Virus record (IMG/VR): IMGVR_UViG_3300044471_000009
Location: 1-64,000 of that record
Strand: one strand, 5' to 3'
DNA: 64,000 nt
Source: a virus
Lineage: Duplodnaviria; Caudoviricetes
Positions 35,306-45,666 of this stretch are shown here, piece after piece. Each line of letters opens with the position of its first letter. Positions within the stretch are counted from its first letter, which is position 1. Below the pieces are notes generated by a model, which had not been told where the DNA came from, searched no databases, and saw nothing but the letters and a program-made list of their open reading frames with translations. The position numbers and the translations under genes are program-made.

Positions 35306-38300
35306 ATGGAAGCACTCCGCCTTATAGTCCAAAGCGACCCGACAGGCGAACTGGCGAAATTCCGCCGTTCTCTTTCAGAAACTGTCAAGCCTGTTCAACT
35401 GCTTGAGGGGTCGCTCCATCTTGTCAATGCGGAGTTAGGAACGCTCACTGGAAGGCTGGCGGCATCCGCTGCCGCGGTGTCTTCCAGTGGCCTTTCTGCT
35501 CTCTCTGGAATCGCCAAGGACTCTGCCGACGCGATTTTGAAACAAGCGCAGGCAGAGCGGGAGCTGGCACAGGCGGCAAGAGAGAGCGAAGCGGCAAGAA
35601 AGCTGTCGTTGGCCGCTGATAAAGAGGCTTCCGCTGCGGTCGTTGAGCATCAGCGGGCAGTTCAGGCTGATCTTGCGTCGAGCCGTGAAGCCGTCAAACT
35701 AACAAAAGATAGAGCAGATGCGGCAAGGGCGGAAATATCTCTGCAAAGGGAAGCGGCTGCGCAGCTCAGGGATAAATACAAGGACGAAATAGCTGCGGCA
35801 AACGCAGCAAAGGCTAAATCTTCCGCAGAGAAAGAAGGGTACGCAGCAGCACGTGAACTGGCGGCTGCTGAGAGAGAATTGGCCACCGCTGAGAAAGAAC
35901 GGGCTGCGGCGGCTAGTATTTTGAAACTTGCTGAAGGTCAGTTGTTGCAAGATCAGGCAAACGCAAGATCAATCAACGACAAAACAAAAATACTTGAAGA
36001 AACGGAAGCAATCAAAGCTAAAACCAAGGCAGAGATAGACCTGAAGAATGCTCAAGCAAAAATAGATGACACTGCAAAGAAAACCGACATATCAAATGAG
36101 ATAGCCCAGTTACAGGCAAAAAAAGACTTAGAAGTGCAGGAGCAACTCGCTCTGGTTGCGATCAATCTTGAGAGGGAGAGGGCGATTCAGCTTGTTGCGC
36201 AAGAGAAGGCAGCTACGGCTGGCATTATCAGGGTTACGGACGCTGCCGCTATCAAGGAGGAGGCGGCAGCGAAAATAGAAAGTGCAAGAGCTGCCGAAGA
36301 AGAAGCAAAGAAGGATGAGCTTGCGGCCACGGCTAAAGATCGTCTTGCAATAAGTGCAAACAAGGCAGCGAAAAGCCAGCTCGATCTTGAGCAGGCTGCA
36401 ATTAGGCTGAATAAGGCAAAAGAGCAGGAAGCCGCCCGTGCTGCAAAGCAGTTGACAGATGCGGACAGATTTGTCCAGTCTCTTGACAAGGAAATACTTT
36501 CGCTACGCAACCAGATAGCTGTAATTGATCTCGGAGAGGCTGGATTCAAGCGGTATGAGGCTGCTGTTTCAGGCGCAGGCTCGGCGGCTGAGTCGCAAAT
36601 AAATGAATGGGAGAAGCTGAAAAACAAGCTGCAAGAACTGAAACAAGCACAGGAAGATCAAGCAAGAAAATTAGCCGAGGAAAAATCTGCCCGTGATGGA
36701 CTGCTGTCTGGTATCCGGCAAGAAATTACTGCACTGAACGAGGAAAAGATAGCTGTTGAGCAAGGCGCAGCAGCTCTGTTGACACACAAGGCCGCTGCTC
36801 TTGGGTTGACTAATGAAGTGAAGCCGCTGGCCGCAGAGCTGTTGCAGCTTCAGCAGGCTTTGAAACAATCTCAAGCCGACAAGGCTGCCCGTGACTATCA
36901 AGCCTTCGCCGCAGCCATGCCAGTAGCGGCAGAAGGTGTAAAAAAGGTTGAGGCTGAGCTTGCTGGTATAGCTGGCAAAGCAGATAAAGGCGGCGCAGCT
37001 TTGAGTAGAATGGTCATTGCAAAACAGTCAATGGAGCTGCTGCGGCTTGAAGCTGTATCGCTTGAAAAACAGCTTGAGTTGTTACCAAAAGGCTCCAATG
37101 AGGCGCGGGCTGCATTGACGCGACTGGCGCAGATTGAGCTGGCCAGCGGAAAGCTGTCTGGCGAGATCAGCAAGATTAGCAATTCACTGTCTGGCGTAAA
37201 GGAGCAAAAAAGCGGGATTGACGGCGTTTCGCAAAGTATCTCTCAGCTTGTTTCTGGCGTTGGAATGCTTGTTTCTGCTGTTGGCGGGCTGTCAATTTTC
37301 AAGAAAGGAATAGGAGAAGCGTTTGAATTTAACAAAACGATAGAGTCCTCGCAGATAGGTGTCGCCGCTCTGATCAGAACTTTCGACAAGTCATTGCCGG
37401 AAGGTGCCGATAGGATGGCTAAGTCAATGAAAATGGCAAGCGAGGTTCAGGGCCAGCTTCAGATTGAAAACATGAAGACCATAGCCACTTACGATCAGCT
37501 ACTAAGAGCATTTCAAGAGGGTGCTGGCCCCGCTCTTGCCGCAGGATTCTCCACTGATCAAGTTGTAAAATTCTCCTCTGCGATTGCAAAAACAGCAGGT
37601 GTTTTGCGGCAGCCTCTTGACCAGATTGGGCAAGAAATGCGGACAATAATGGAAGGAGTTATTGACAAAAACGCACGTATCGGGAAAACGCTTAAACTTA
37701 CAAACGAAACAATAAAAGAATGGCAGGCCCAGGGGCCAGACTTTTTCTTTGCAAAGTTAATGAACGCGATGAAAGAGTTCGCGTTAGCTGGCGAAGGAAT
37801 GGCTAACTCTTTTGAAGGTGCTTTTTCAAACTTGAAGGATATTGTCCAGAAAGCACTTGGAGAAGGGCTTGAAGGTGTTTTCTCTGGAACAACGCAAGGC
37901 ATTATAAAACTTCAGAAAGCACTGGTTACTATAGATGAGAAAACGGCAGAATTCAAATTCAAAGACGAAATAACAAATGCGCTCAGGGAAGTTGATGCTG
38001 AAATATCAGGCTTCATATCGTCGATAACAGCTCAAGATTTGTCTGGATACATAAAGACTGCCGCAAACACAGGCAAGGCCGTCCTTGAATCTCTGGTCGA
38101 GATCGGAAAGGCGGGGAAATTCATCGTTGACAACCTTGGCCCGGCATTCCCGGTGCTTGCAAAAGCTGGATTCTGGATAGCTACCATAGGTGGCCCTGCG
38201 CTTACGGCGGCTGGAAGTCTTGGCATATTCAAGCTGGCGCTGAAAGGCTTTGGCAAGGAAGGCGCAAAAGAGGCTGCGGAAGAGACTGCAAAACTTGGAA

Positions 38301-41248
38301 TATCTTTTTCTAGCCTATTGACAAAATCATTTACTCTAAAAGAAGCCATCGGAGGAATCAAGGAGTCTGTCACCTCAGTTGCAGCTTCTATGGTTGCAGG
38401 CGCAGGAAGAGCTTCGGAGTTGGCACTTGCTTACGGGTCATCTGCTATCGGGCTTGGAATCTTTGCAGCTGGAGCTTATGCAGTCATTGACGCATCAGAA
38501 AAGATGCTGAAGGCCCAAGATGAAGAACTTGCCGCCCAGAAACGTAATAGCGACATGCACAGTAAAGAGGTATCCAATTATGAAAAAATAAAGCAAGAAA
38601 CAGGCATTGTAGTAAGTAATTACAAGGACATGCAATCTGAGTTTAAAAAATATGGAGTAACCATTGATAGCGTATCAGGAAAGTATGTAACTGCCGCAAA
38701 AGCAACCGAGCTTTCTGCCCAACGAGAAAGGGAAGCTGTAGAGAAAACAGAGCAGGCTCACAAGGATAATCAAAAAGTAATAGATGAATACAAGCAAGGC
38801 AAGATCAGGCTGTTTGAAATCGGCACTGAAATAAACAAAACAAAGGAGATTGTCAAGGCCTTCGGTCCGTCAACTGACATTGGAAGGGCAGCTCTTGAGA
38901 AATTCACACAGCTTGATTTCGAGAAAGGAAAACTTGGAGATAGCCTTAAAAAAACAGAGGAGAAACTTGAAAAAGCTGGAATAACATCAGAAGAAATGGC
39001 GAGATACGCAGAGCAGGCTGGGCTTTCGGCGGAAGCAGCCTCCACCGGCGTTTCCAGCCTCGGCAAGAGCGCGTCCGAAGTGTCCGCCGCAGGTGTGAAC
39101 AATCTAAATACCGGTCTCGATCAAACAAAAATTAAGGCTGGCGAAGCGAATTCAGCTCTCGCCAGCATGGCGGGTGCAAAAACACCTTCTGCCCCCACCG
39201 GCGGAGCGGTAGTATTTGCCGGGACTGCCGACATTGACATTGAGCCGTACAGGAGAAAGGCGGATGAGTTGCGATCAATGGCGGCTTCACTTGATGAAGC
39301 TATTTCAGGGAAGTCAAATGTAACATCTTCTGAGTTTAGCGCATTGGTTGGTCAGTTATCTGAGGTGCAGCGGGAGTATAAAAAAGCCCAAGCTGAACTT
39401 GAAAAACAGCAGGGTCTTAATAGTCTCAACGGGAAGTTAAGAGAGACGCGCTCTGAGTTATCGCAAACCCGCCAAGTTTTATCCGATGGCAAGCTGGTGA
39501 TAGATTTTGACCCCACTGCCACATCTGCACTGCAAGGGCAGGTGCAGGCATTAAATGATGCCAAGCTCGCTGCCGGGGCTATGGGCGAAGGTTTTGAGTA
39601 CGCCAACGGCGTTTTGGTAAACGCCAGCCCCGCCGCTCAGGCTGCAAAGTCAGCATACGACAGCCTGCGTGACAGCAGCGGCAACATCAAAACTGAATGG
39701 AAAGAGATTGGTGGGGTCTGGAAAGAAGTGCTTCCAAACGGAAAAGTCCTGCTCGATGAAGTTGATGCCAAAGCGAAAGCCAGCCTTAGCTCTGCTGGGC
39801 AGCTTGGCCCGGCGATTTCCGAAGGCATGAACGGGGCTGCCGGAGCTATCAAGGGGGCCACGGAAGAGGCGGACAAGCTGGCATCCGCTGCCGGTTCAGC
39901 TAAGTTTGACGAGCTTATATCTTCGATGGCTGGGCTTGATCAGGTGCGTGAAAAGATAAAGCTTACCGAAACGCAAGCCAAGCTGCTTGGCATCGAAACG
40001 GCGGCTGGCAAGCAGAAAATGATGGAGATGTTCAGCCTGCAAGGCGCAGAGACAGTATTGCAGGACAAGGTCAAGGAGCTGCATGATGGAATCTATAATG
40101 CAGGAAAAGAAGCCGAAGATGCCGCAAAAAAGATCAAGAGCCTTGGCGAGGAAGTAAAGCAAGCTGCCGGTAATTTTAATCAGCTTGAATCGCTTAAAGG
40201 ATTTGGCAATATTGTTTCAGGGCTGAAGGAGGGGGCAGCTTCGGTGGCAAACAGTGCCGCTGAAGCAAGCATCACAAAGCTGACGCAGACGATGGCTGTA
40301 TCCAAAGCCCTCAAGGACGAAATTAGCAGCCTTGAGAAATACATCGAAGCGGTAGGCCCGGCCTCAGCAGAAGGACAGGCAGCCCTTGCTAAACTGATAA
40401 CAGCGCAAGGGCTTGAGAGCGAAGCGCAGAGGAAAGTTTCCGAGCTTAAAGCAGAGGTAGAGTCTCTTGCAACTGTCATCAGTTCAACAGCAGACTTGAA
40501 GCTGCTGTCAGCCGCAGAAGGAACGAAAGACATCATGAGCCAGATTAACAGCGAGGTTTCCGCGATAGCTGGCAGCATCTCTGATTCTTCGGTTGAAAAA
40601 CTTGCATCAGCTATGTCCGTGGCGGATGCGCTTAAAAAACAAGTCGATTCGCTGAAAAAATACATAGATGATGTAGGGGCATCATCGGAAGAAGGAAGGA
40701 AGGCTCTGAAGCAGCTCCTTGAGGCTGAAGGAGCGAGCGATATTGCGCAAAAGAAACTTGAGGCGTTGCGTAATGAGGCGAAAGGGTTTACCGAGGAAGT
40801 TAATAAGATAAAAGAGTTTGGAAAAATAGAAACTGGAACATTTACTTCCACCTCAAAATCTCCGCAGTCTATGTCGGACGCTGAACTCGACAAGACGATA
40901 GAGTCAAATTTAGCAATAAAACGAGTACTTGAGTCTCAAGATAACGTTTCCGCTAAATTAGTTGGCCCGCAGGGGGACGCTTACGCAGATGAAAAGTTCA
41001 AAAGATTAATGGATAAACTGATTGCACGCACAGAAGAATCGACAAGGCTCATGCGGCGAGGCACCACAGCAACTGCATCTGCTGGCGGAACTGAATCCGG
41101 CAGAGCGTCGACAACTGCATCTACGACAGCAGGGCAACAGGTCTCTGTGCAGCCTGCGCAGGTGACAAATATTACATATAACAACTACGCCGTGCCTGTG
41201 GACGCACGGACAGAAAAGCAAAGCAATAGGCGGAGGGCGCAGGCGTGA
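35306..41248 (+). CDS. Tape measure protein (1980 aa)
   Basis: Ala/Glu/Lys-rich helical sequence; MANSFEGAFSNLKD tape-measure motif. Confidence 0.95.
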   Translation: MEALRLIVQSDPTGELAKFRRSLSETVKPVQLLEGSLHLVNAELGTLTGRLAASAAAVSSSGLSALSGIAKDSADAILKQAQAERELAQAARESEAARKLSLAADKEASAAVVEHQRAVQADLASSREAVKLTKDRADAARAEISLQREAAAQLRDKYKDEIAAANAAKAKSSAEKEGYAAARELAAAERELATAEKERAAAASILKLAEGQLLQDQANARSINDKTKILEETEAIKAKTKAEIDLKNAQAKIDDTAKKTDISNEIAQLQAKKDLEVQEQLALVAINLERERAIQLVAQEKAATAGIIRVTDAAAIKEEAAAKIESARAAEEEAKKDELAATAKDRLAISANKAAKSQLDLEQAAIRLNKAKEQEAARAAKQLTDADRFVQSLDKEILSLRNQIAVIDLGEAGFKRYEAAVSGAGSAAESQINEWEKLKNKLQELKQAQEDQARKLAEEKSARDGLLSGIRQEITALNEEKIAVEQGAAALLTHKAAALGLTNEVKPLAAELLQLQQALKQSQADKAARDYQAFAAAMPVAAEGVKKVEAELAGIAGKADKGGAALSRMVIAKQSMELLRLEAVSLEKQLELLPKGSNEARAALTRLAQIELASGKLSGEISKISNSLSGVKEQKSGIDGVSQSISQLVSGVGMLVSAVGGLSIFKKGIGEAFEFNKTIESSQIGVAALIRTFDKSLPEGADRMAKSMKMASEVQGQLQIENMKTIATYDQLLRAFQEGAGPALAAGFSTDQVVKFSSAIAKTAGVLRQPLDQIGQEMRTIMEGVIDKNARIGKTLKLTNETIKEWQAQGPDFFFAKLMNAMKEFALAGEGMANSFEGAFSNLKDIVQKALGEGLEGVFSGTTQGIIKLQKALVTIDEKTAEFKFKDEITNALREVDAEISGFISSITAQDLSGYIKTAANTGKAVLESLVEIGKAGKFIVDNLGPAFPVLAKAGFWIATIGGPALTAAGSLGIFKLALKGFGKEGAKEAAEETAKLGISFSSLLTKSFTLKEAIGGIKESVTSVAASMVAGAGRASELALAYGSSAIGLGIFAAGAYAVIDASEKMLKAQDEELAAQKRNSDMHSKEVSNYEKIKQETGIVVSNYKDMQSEFKKYGVTIDSVSGKYVTAAKATELSAQREREAVEKTEQAHKDNQKVIDEYKQGKIRLFEIGTEINKTKEIVKAFGPSTDIGRAALEKFTQLDFEKGKLGDSLKKTEEKLEKAGITSEEMARYAEQAGLSAEAASTGVSSLGKSASEVSAAGVNNLNTGLDQTKIKAGEANSALASMAGAKTPSAPTGGAVVFAGTADIDIEPYRRKADELRSMAASLDEAISGKSNVTSSEFSALVGQLSEVQREYKKAQAELEKQQGLNSLNGKLRETRSELSQTRQVLSDGKLVIDFDPTATSALQGQVQALNDAKLAAGAMGEGFEYANGVLVNASPAAQAAKSAYDSLRDSSGNIKTEWKEIGGVWKEVLPNGKVLLDEVDAKAKASLSSAGQLGPAISEGMNGAAGAIKGATEEADKLASAAGSAKFDELISSMAGLDQVREKIKLTETQAKLLGIETAAGKQKMMEMFSLQGAETVLQDKVKELHDGIYNAGKEAEDAAKKIKSLGEEVKQAAGNFNQLESLKGFGNIVSGLKEGAASVANSAAEASITKLTQTMAVSKALKDEISSLEKYIEAVGPASAEGQAALAKLITAQGLESEAQRKVSELKAEVESLATVISSTADLKLLSAAEGTKDIMSQINSEVSAIAGSISDSSVEKLASAMSVADALKKQVDSLKKYIDDVGASSEEGRKALKQLLEAEGASDIAQKKLEALRNEAKGFTEEVNKIKEFGKIETGTFTSTSKSPQSMSDAELDKTIESNLAIKRVLESQDNVSAKLVGPQGDAYADEKFKRLMDKLIARTEESTRLMRRGTTATASAGGTESGRASTTASTTAGQQVSVQPAQVTNITYNNYAVPVDARTEKQSNRRRAQA

Positions 41249-41652
41249 GCATTCTTGAGAAAGACGGGTACGTAGTTGATCTTGGAACTGAAGATTTTGA
41301 TTCCGGCAGCCCTGATATTGCTATGGTTCAAACTATCCAATACACATCAGGAGCGAACCGTACAGCAAGCGACACGCATACCGTGACATGGCCTAAATCC
41401 TACACAAGATATGAGGTGAAATTCAGCGAGATAACGGCAGCTCAGTTCGCAGCATTTAAGTACCTATTTGAAACGCTTACAATTGGATATAAAAACACAT
41501 GCAATTACACCGACGATGAAGGTGTCACGCTGGCAATAAGAATAGACGGAACGCCGGATGTGAAGCATCTTGGCAAGAGGATTGTTGCTGGCGGAGTTGG
41601 CCTTGTAAACACATATTCGCTTTCCTTTTGGAGAGAGACCTATAATCCATGA
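41245..41652 (+). CDS. Distal tail protein-like
   Basis: About 135 aa directly after the tape measure. Confidence 0.6.
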   Translation: MSILEKDGYVVDLGTEDFDSGSPDIAMVQTIQYTSGANRTASDTHTVTWPKSYTRYEVKFSEITAAQFAAFKYLFETLTIGYKNTCNYTDDEGVTLAIRIDGTPDVKHLGKRIVAGGVGLVNTYSLSFWRETYNP

Positions 41653-44585
41653 GAAACCTGCCTTCAGATTTCATAGCTGCGGTCAACGCCGACGACGCTC
41701 CTGTTTCGATGCTCGTTTTAAAACTGGAAAGCGGGGATGTCAAGTTTTCAGACGGTCTTTATGGCGAAGGGCTGCCATACATCGAAAACATCAGCGAAGA
41801 GCAGGACGGCGGCAGCTTTGAAAACTACTTGAGCAGGGGAAACCTTGAAACATGCAAGCTATCTGTAACGCTGATTTATTCCGACCTGTCTCGATCAACC
41901 ATCCATAGCGTAATATCTGAGCTGCAATCAATGTCAGCAGATAATTTACGATGTAGGGCCGAATTGTGGAAGAAATTTGTTGACATAGATGGGAACGACA
42001 CATGCGCTCCCCTGCTTTGGAATGTGTATGCTGTACAGGACAATTCTGAAAATTTTGCTTGCCGCGAAGATCAAATGCTTTTTCCGCTTGAGCTGATCAC
42101 GCTTCCAGGCAGCGAAAATCAGAAACTTTCGATCACGAACGACCCGGAAAAATCTTACGATTATGTAATAGGCAAAGCTGAAGGGCTGTCGTTGCAGTTG
42201 ATGGAAGAAGAATCAAGCAAGTGGACAGAGCTGATCGGCGACGAAGACGGCAACGAGGTTACGGCGGAATACACGGGCTTGATCAGAGTTAAGGATGCGT
42301 CAAAACTGCGTTTAGGCTACCATTTGATCAATGGGGAGTACGTTTATCTGTCGAGGGCCAGTGCGGGCTATATGCGCCTTTCACAACGCGGAAGCAGTCT
42401 TACTGAGCCGCAAAAACACAGCAGTGGCAGCAGAATATTCCCGTCTGGCGCGGTATTTAAATACGCGGTTTGCTTGCCAGTGGGAAGTTTCGACAAGCTG
42501 CGCACAAGCAACGAGATAGACGTTTATGATGATGACGGGGACGGCAACACTACTGAGTACCGCGATCTCTACAGCGGAGGAAACGAAGATTTAAGGCCAG
42601 GCTTAAATCCAGCTCAAATATGGTTTGATGACAGGATGCCGTTCCTGTGGAAAGATCAGGAAAACCAGATTGACGATAAGGTTTTTTATGGAACATTTTC
42701 TGGGTTCAGCGACGCAACTATGGTTGAATATTCTATTGATGTTAATGTAGAAAATGGAAAACCAAGGATAAAAATACCATTCCAGGCTTTCAGTCTTCCT
42801 TCAACAGATATATGGTACAGGGACACAACAATCCCCGTACCGGCCATGCCCAGTGAAAGCTCTTATGGTGCAAGTCAGAATATAATTGACAACACTGGAT
42901 ATTTCAGTGTTTCACAACAGACTGGCGAGTACGACGGAACCGATTACGAAGGGTGCAGCTTGACATCGACTGCGTACCGCGAGTTTAGGATTAACGGTAC
43001 TTGCCCTGCTGGAGAAATCGGGTGGACAATTGCCGCCCCAGATTTGCCTGAAGATGAAGGTTTTTTTGCATACGCTCCTCCTCACTATTGGGCGATAGTG
43101 CTGCAATCCGTTGTAACATCAAATATGGATTTCAGTATAAGGATAAGCCAAGTAGATCAATATGGAAACGAGGGGACGATTCTGTCTTCGACATTCCTTG
43201 GAAAGGTTTTAGGAGGAGAGTTCGTACATACTTGCAACTACACAAACAGCAACGTACTTTCCGGTTTTAACATAAATTCATACAACAGAAGGATAAAAAT
43301 AGCCCTAACATGCCTCGACAAGGGCGCAGACAGTAATTCTTACGCATTTGTCAGGATTGGTGGGAGAAGCGCATATTCAGACAAGATACACTATGGAATG
43401 GCTATGTTTTGGAGATATTATGACAATGCTCCATCAGCGTGGCTGTCAAGCATATTCGGAAAAAACCTTAGCAGTCGAGGTGTTTTTATCTCGGCCAAGG
43501 CTAAAATAAAAGGTAAAATAAAAAATACCAATGACTTCTCGACAGGAACGCTGAAAATTTTAGATGGAGCTACGGAAAAATATTCAACGTCTGTAACGGA
43601 CGGGTCTGAAATAGATACGACCATAGAGCTTTCCGCTGCAACATGGGGAGACCTGTCAAGCACAACTGTAAAAGTTGTCATGCAGCTTGACTACCTTGGA
43701 AAAGTAGAGGGCGATGCGTGGAAGGGCGTTCCGAGAATAGCTGGCGAGGCTGGATTCGACTTCGACGGCGGAATCCAATGGCTCTTGACATACACAAGCA
43801 CCACGCTTGACGGCTTGCAAGTAAACTACGCAGATACGCTTTATGTTGACGCTGTTTCAACGCGCGGGGCAGACTGGACACCTGCGCGGGCTGTGCAATA
43901 TCTTGCCGCTGATCACACTTCATGGGCCGGATTGATTGACACAGACAGCTTTGGCGCAAGGCACGATGAATTCGCTGCCGCTGGGCATTTCCTCAACGGC
44001 ACTATCTCTGGCAGTTCAGGCTCTCAGGATGCGATAAGGACTGTTCTCAAAGAAGGATTGGCTGGTTTGAATTACCCGCTCGGCAAAATAACGATGTACT
44101 CATACTTGACCGATCTTGCGACTACCGTGCCAGCTAAATCGCTGATGAGTGTCGTGCGGCCTGACCGTGAGTCGTTCCCGAATCGCGGATTCATGCCGTC
44201 AGCAAACGAAATGCGATCTAACCGTATGTTTTTTCGATGGAACAAGAACTTGTCAACCGGAAAATATGACGGAAATGTAATAAAATCAGACGGGACGGTG
44301 TTTCTAAATGACCAAGTTGTAACCTTTGAACTTGTAAAATCTGACACAATTGGAAATTCCGTTGCAAATTTCTTGTGGAATTTGTGGAAATATGGTTATA
44401 TTATACAAGATTGTGAGTATCCGGCGGTGGCTTTGGCGATTGAGAAGCATGACATGATCACGAGTTTTTCAATGTCTGATGATGACGAAACAAAGAACTT
44501 CATCGCAGTTTCGTGTTCTCAAACGCATGAGTCGGCAAAGGCGAGGCGCGGGCTTTCCGCTAAAATAATAATGATCAAGAGGTGA
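41649..44585 (+). CDS. Tail tip/baseplate hub protein with large central insertion
   Basis: MRNLPSDFIAAVNA N-terminus; 978 aa; position. Confidence 0.75.
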   Translation: MRNLPSDFIAAVNADDAPVSMLVLKLESGDVKFSDGLYGEGLPYIENISEEQDGGSFENYLSRGNLETCKLSVTLIYSDLSRSTIHSVISELQSMSADNLRCRAELWKKFVDIDGNDTCAPLLWNVYAVQDNSENFACREDQMLFPLELITLPGSENQKLSITNDPEKSYDYVIGKAEGLSLQLMEEESSKWTELIGDEDGNEVTAEYTGLIRVKDASKLRLGYHLINGEYVYLSRASAGYMRLSQRGSSLTEPQKHSSGSRIFPSGAVFKYAVCLPVGSFDKLRTSNEIDVYDDDGDGNTTEYRDLYSGGNEDLRPGLNPAQIWFDDRMPFLWKDQENQIDDKVFYGTFSGFSDATMVEYSIDVNVENGKPRIKIPFQAFSLPSTDIWYRDTTIPVPAMPSESSYGASQNIIDNTGYFSVSQQTGEYDGTDYEGCSLTSTAYREFRINGTCPAGEIGWTIAAPDLPEDEGFFAYAPPHYWAIVLQSVVTSNMDFSIRISQVDQYGNEGTILSSTFLGKVLGGEFVHTCNYTNSNVLSGFNINSYNRRIKIALTCLDKGADSNSYAFVRIGGRSAYSDKIHYGMAMFWRYYDNAPSAWLSSIFGKNLSSRGVFISAKAKIKGKIKNTNDFSTGTLKILDGATEKYSTSVTDGSEIDTTIELSAATWGDLSSTTVKVVMQLDYLGKVEGDAWKGVPRIAGEAGFDFDGGIQWLLTYTSTTLDGLQVNYADTLYVDAVSTRGADWTPARAVQYLAADHTSWAGLIDTDSFGARHDEFAAAGHFLNGTISGSSGSQDAIRTVLKEGLAGLNYPLGKITMYSYLTDLATTVPAKSLMSVVRPDRESFPNRGFMPSANEMRSNRMFFRWNKNLSTGKYDGNVIKSDGTVFLNDQVVTFELVKSDTIGNSVANFLWNLWKYGYIIQDCEYPAVALAIEKHDMITSFSMSDDDETKNFIAVSCSQTHESAKARRGLSAKIIMIKR

Positions 44586-44588
44586 TAG

Positions 44589-44813
44589 ATGAGTACAGAG
44601 ACGCAAAAAGGTTCTATCAAAATGGCGGCAGGCCACGAAGGTGTTGGTCGTGGGGGAAGCCAGATTGAGATCGCTCCGGGTGTTTTCGGGGACATCGAAG
44701 AGCTGAAAAGATCGGTAGAAGCGGCAGAGGCAACGGGGGCGAGAGCTATCTTTTTCCCTGAAGCTGAAGCCAAGGTATCATTCACAATGCCTAACGGCGA
44801 GAGGGTAGAATAA
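44589..44813 (+). CDS. Hypothetical protein
   Basis: SD GAGGTG; ORF track. Confidence 0.5.
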   Translation: MSTETQKGSIKMAAGHEGVGRGGSQIEIAPGVFGDIEELKRSVEAAEATGARAIFFPEAEAKVSFTMPNGERVE

Positions 44814-44814
44814 C

Positions 44815-45231
44815 ATGCCAGTTTCAACAGGAGTTGTCCTTGATTTTGAGCTTGCAAAAGCAATGATTAGGGGCGAATTTAACGGGTTCAACAAAATGGA
44901 ATTCGGAACCTCTGACGCTGCGGTTGCGTTTACATCTCCGCAAGTAATTCAGGGTGCCGCTCCAGCGGGGTATCCGACCATCAACATTAACCCGGCACCG
45001 CTTGACATTGCTTCAGATATTGACGGTTGGCCCGGAGTTGAGTATTCTGGAATTGACACGACAACAATTACGGCAGACCCGATTGACATGAAAGAGACGG
45101 TGTTCTCTAATACTGGAGCTGCAACAAGGCACAATGCAAGAGCCTTGTTTGCTTTGTACAATATTCCCGCCGGGGCAAGCGGGCTTGCAGGTGCTATTCG
45201 GCTCTATGGGCGCGGGATCGCTCTCCCGTAG
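44815..45231 (+). CDS. Putative tail tip component
   Basis: ORF track; position. Confidence 0.55.
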   Translation: MPVSTGVVLDFELAKAMIRGEFNGFNKMEFGTSDAAVAFTSPQVIQGAAPAGYPTININPAPLDIASDIDGWPGVEYSGIDTTTITADPIDMKETVFSNTGAATRHNARALFALYNIPAGASGLAGAIRLYGRGIALP

Positions 45232-45285
45232 TCAAGAAAATAAAACATCCAGCTCTGAAACATGAGTTGGAAAGGAGGATTTGAA

Positions 45286-45666
45286 ATGCTTAATGAAGCG
45301 GTTAAAAAGCTAAAAGCGTGGATTGTACGTGAAAATGTCGATTCTTTTACTCTCTTGCTGTCGAAATATTCTAGAGAGATTGATGATTTAGCAATCTCTC
45401 TAGAATCAAGAATCAAGCAGCTCGAAGCTGCTGAGAAGTCGCGTAAAGACGCGCTCGAATCAATGGTTTCCATCGAAGGGGTTGAGGTAGATACATTGGT
45501 ATGCGATGACTGCGTTTCGATGCGGCTTGAGATGAATGCGCTGCGGAGTGCTGCTGACGAAATGAAAGCACGGCTTGATGCTCTTGAGACTGCCGGGAAG
45601 GGCGGCGTAGATTACAAACCAAAGCGCGGGAGGAGAAAAAGCGATGCGAAAGAACTGGTTGCCTGA
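45286..45666 (+). CDS. Coiled-coil hypothetical protein
   Basis: SD AGGAGG. Confidence 0.6.
   Translation: MLNEAVKKLKAWIVRENVDSFTLLLSKYSREIDDLAISLESRIKQLEAAEKSRKDALESMVSIEGVEVDTLVCDDCVSMRLEMNALRSAADEMKARLDALETAGKGGVDYKPKRGRRKSDAKELVA

Noticed and set aside
33972-35315. 447-aa antisense ORF (also 26647-27345, 27876-28568 and many inside the tape measure)
   Set aside because: These are shadow frames opposite well-supported structural genes and show no recognisable motifs.
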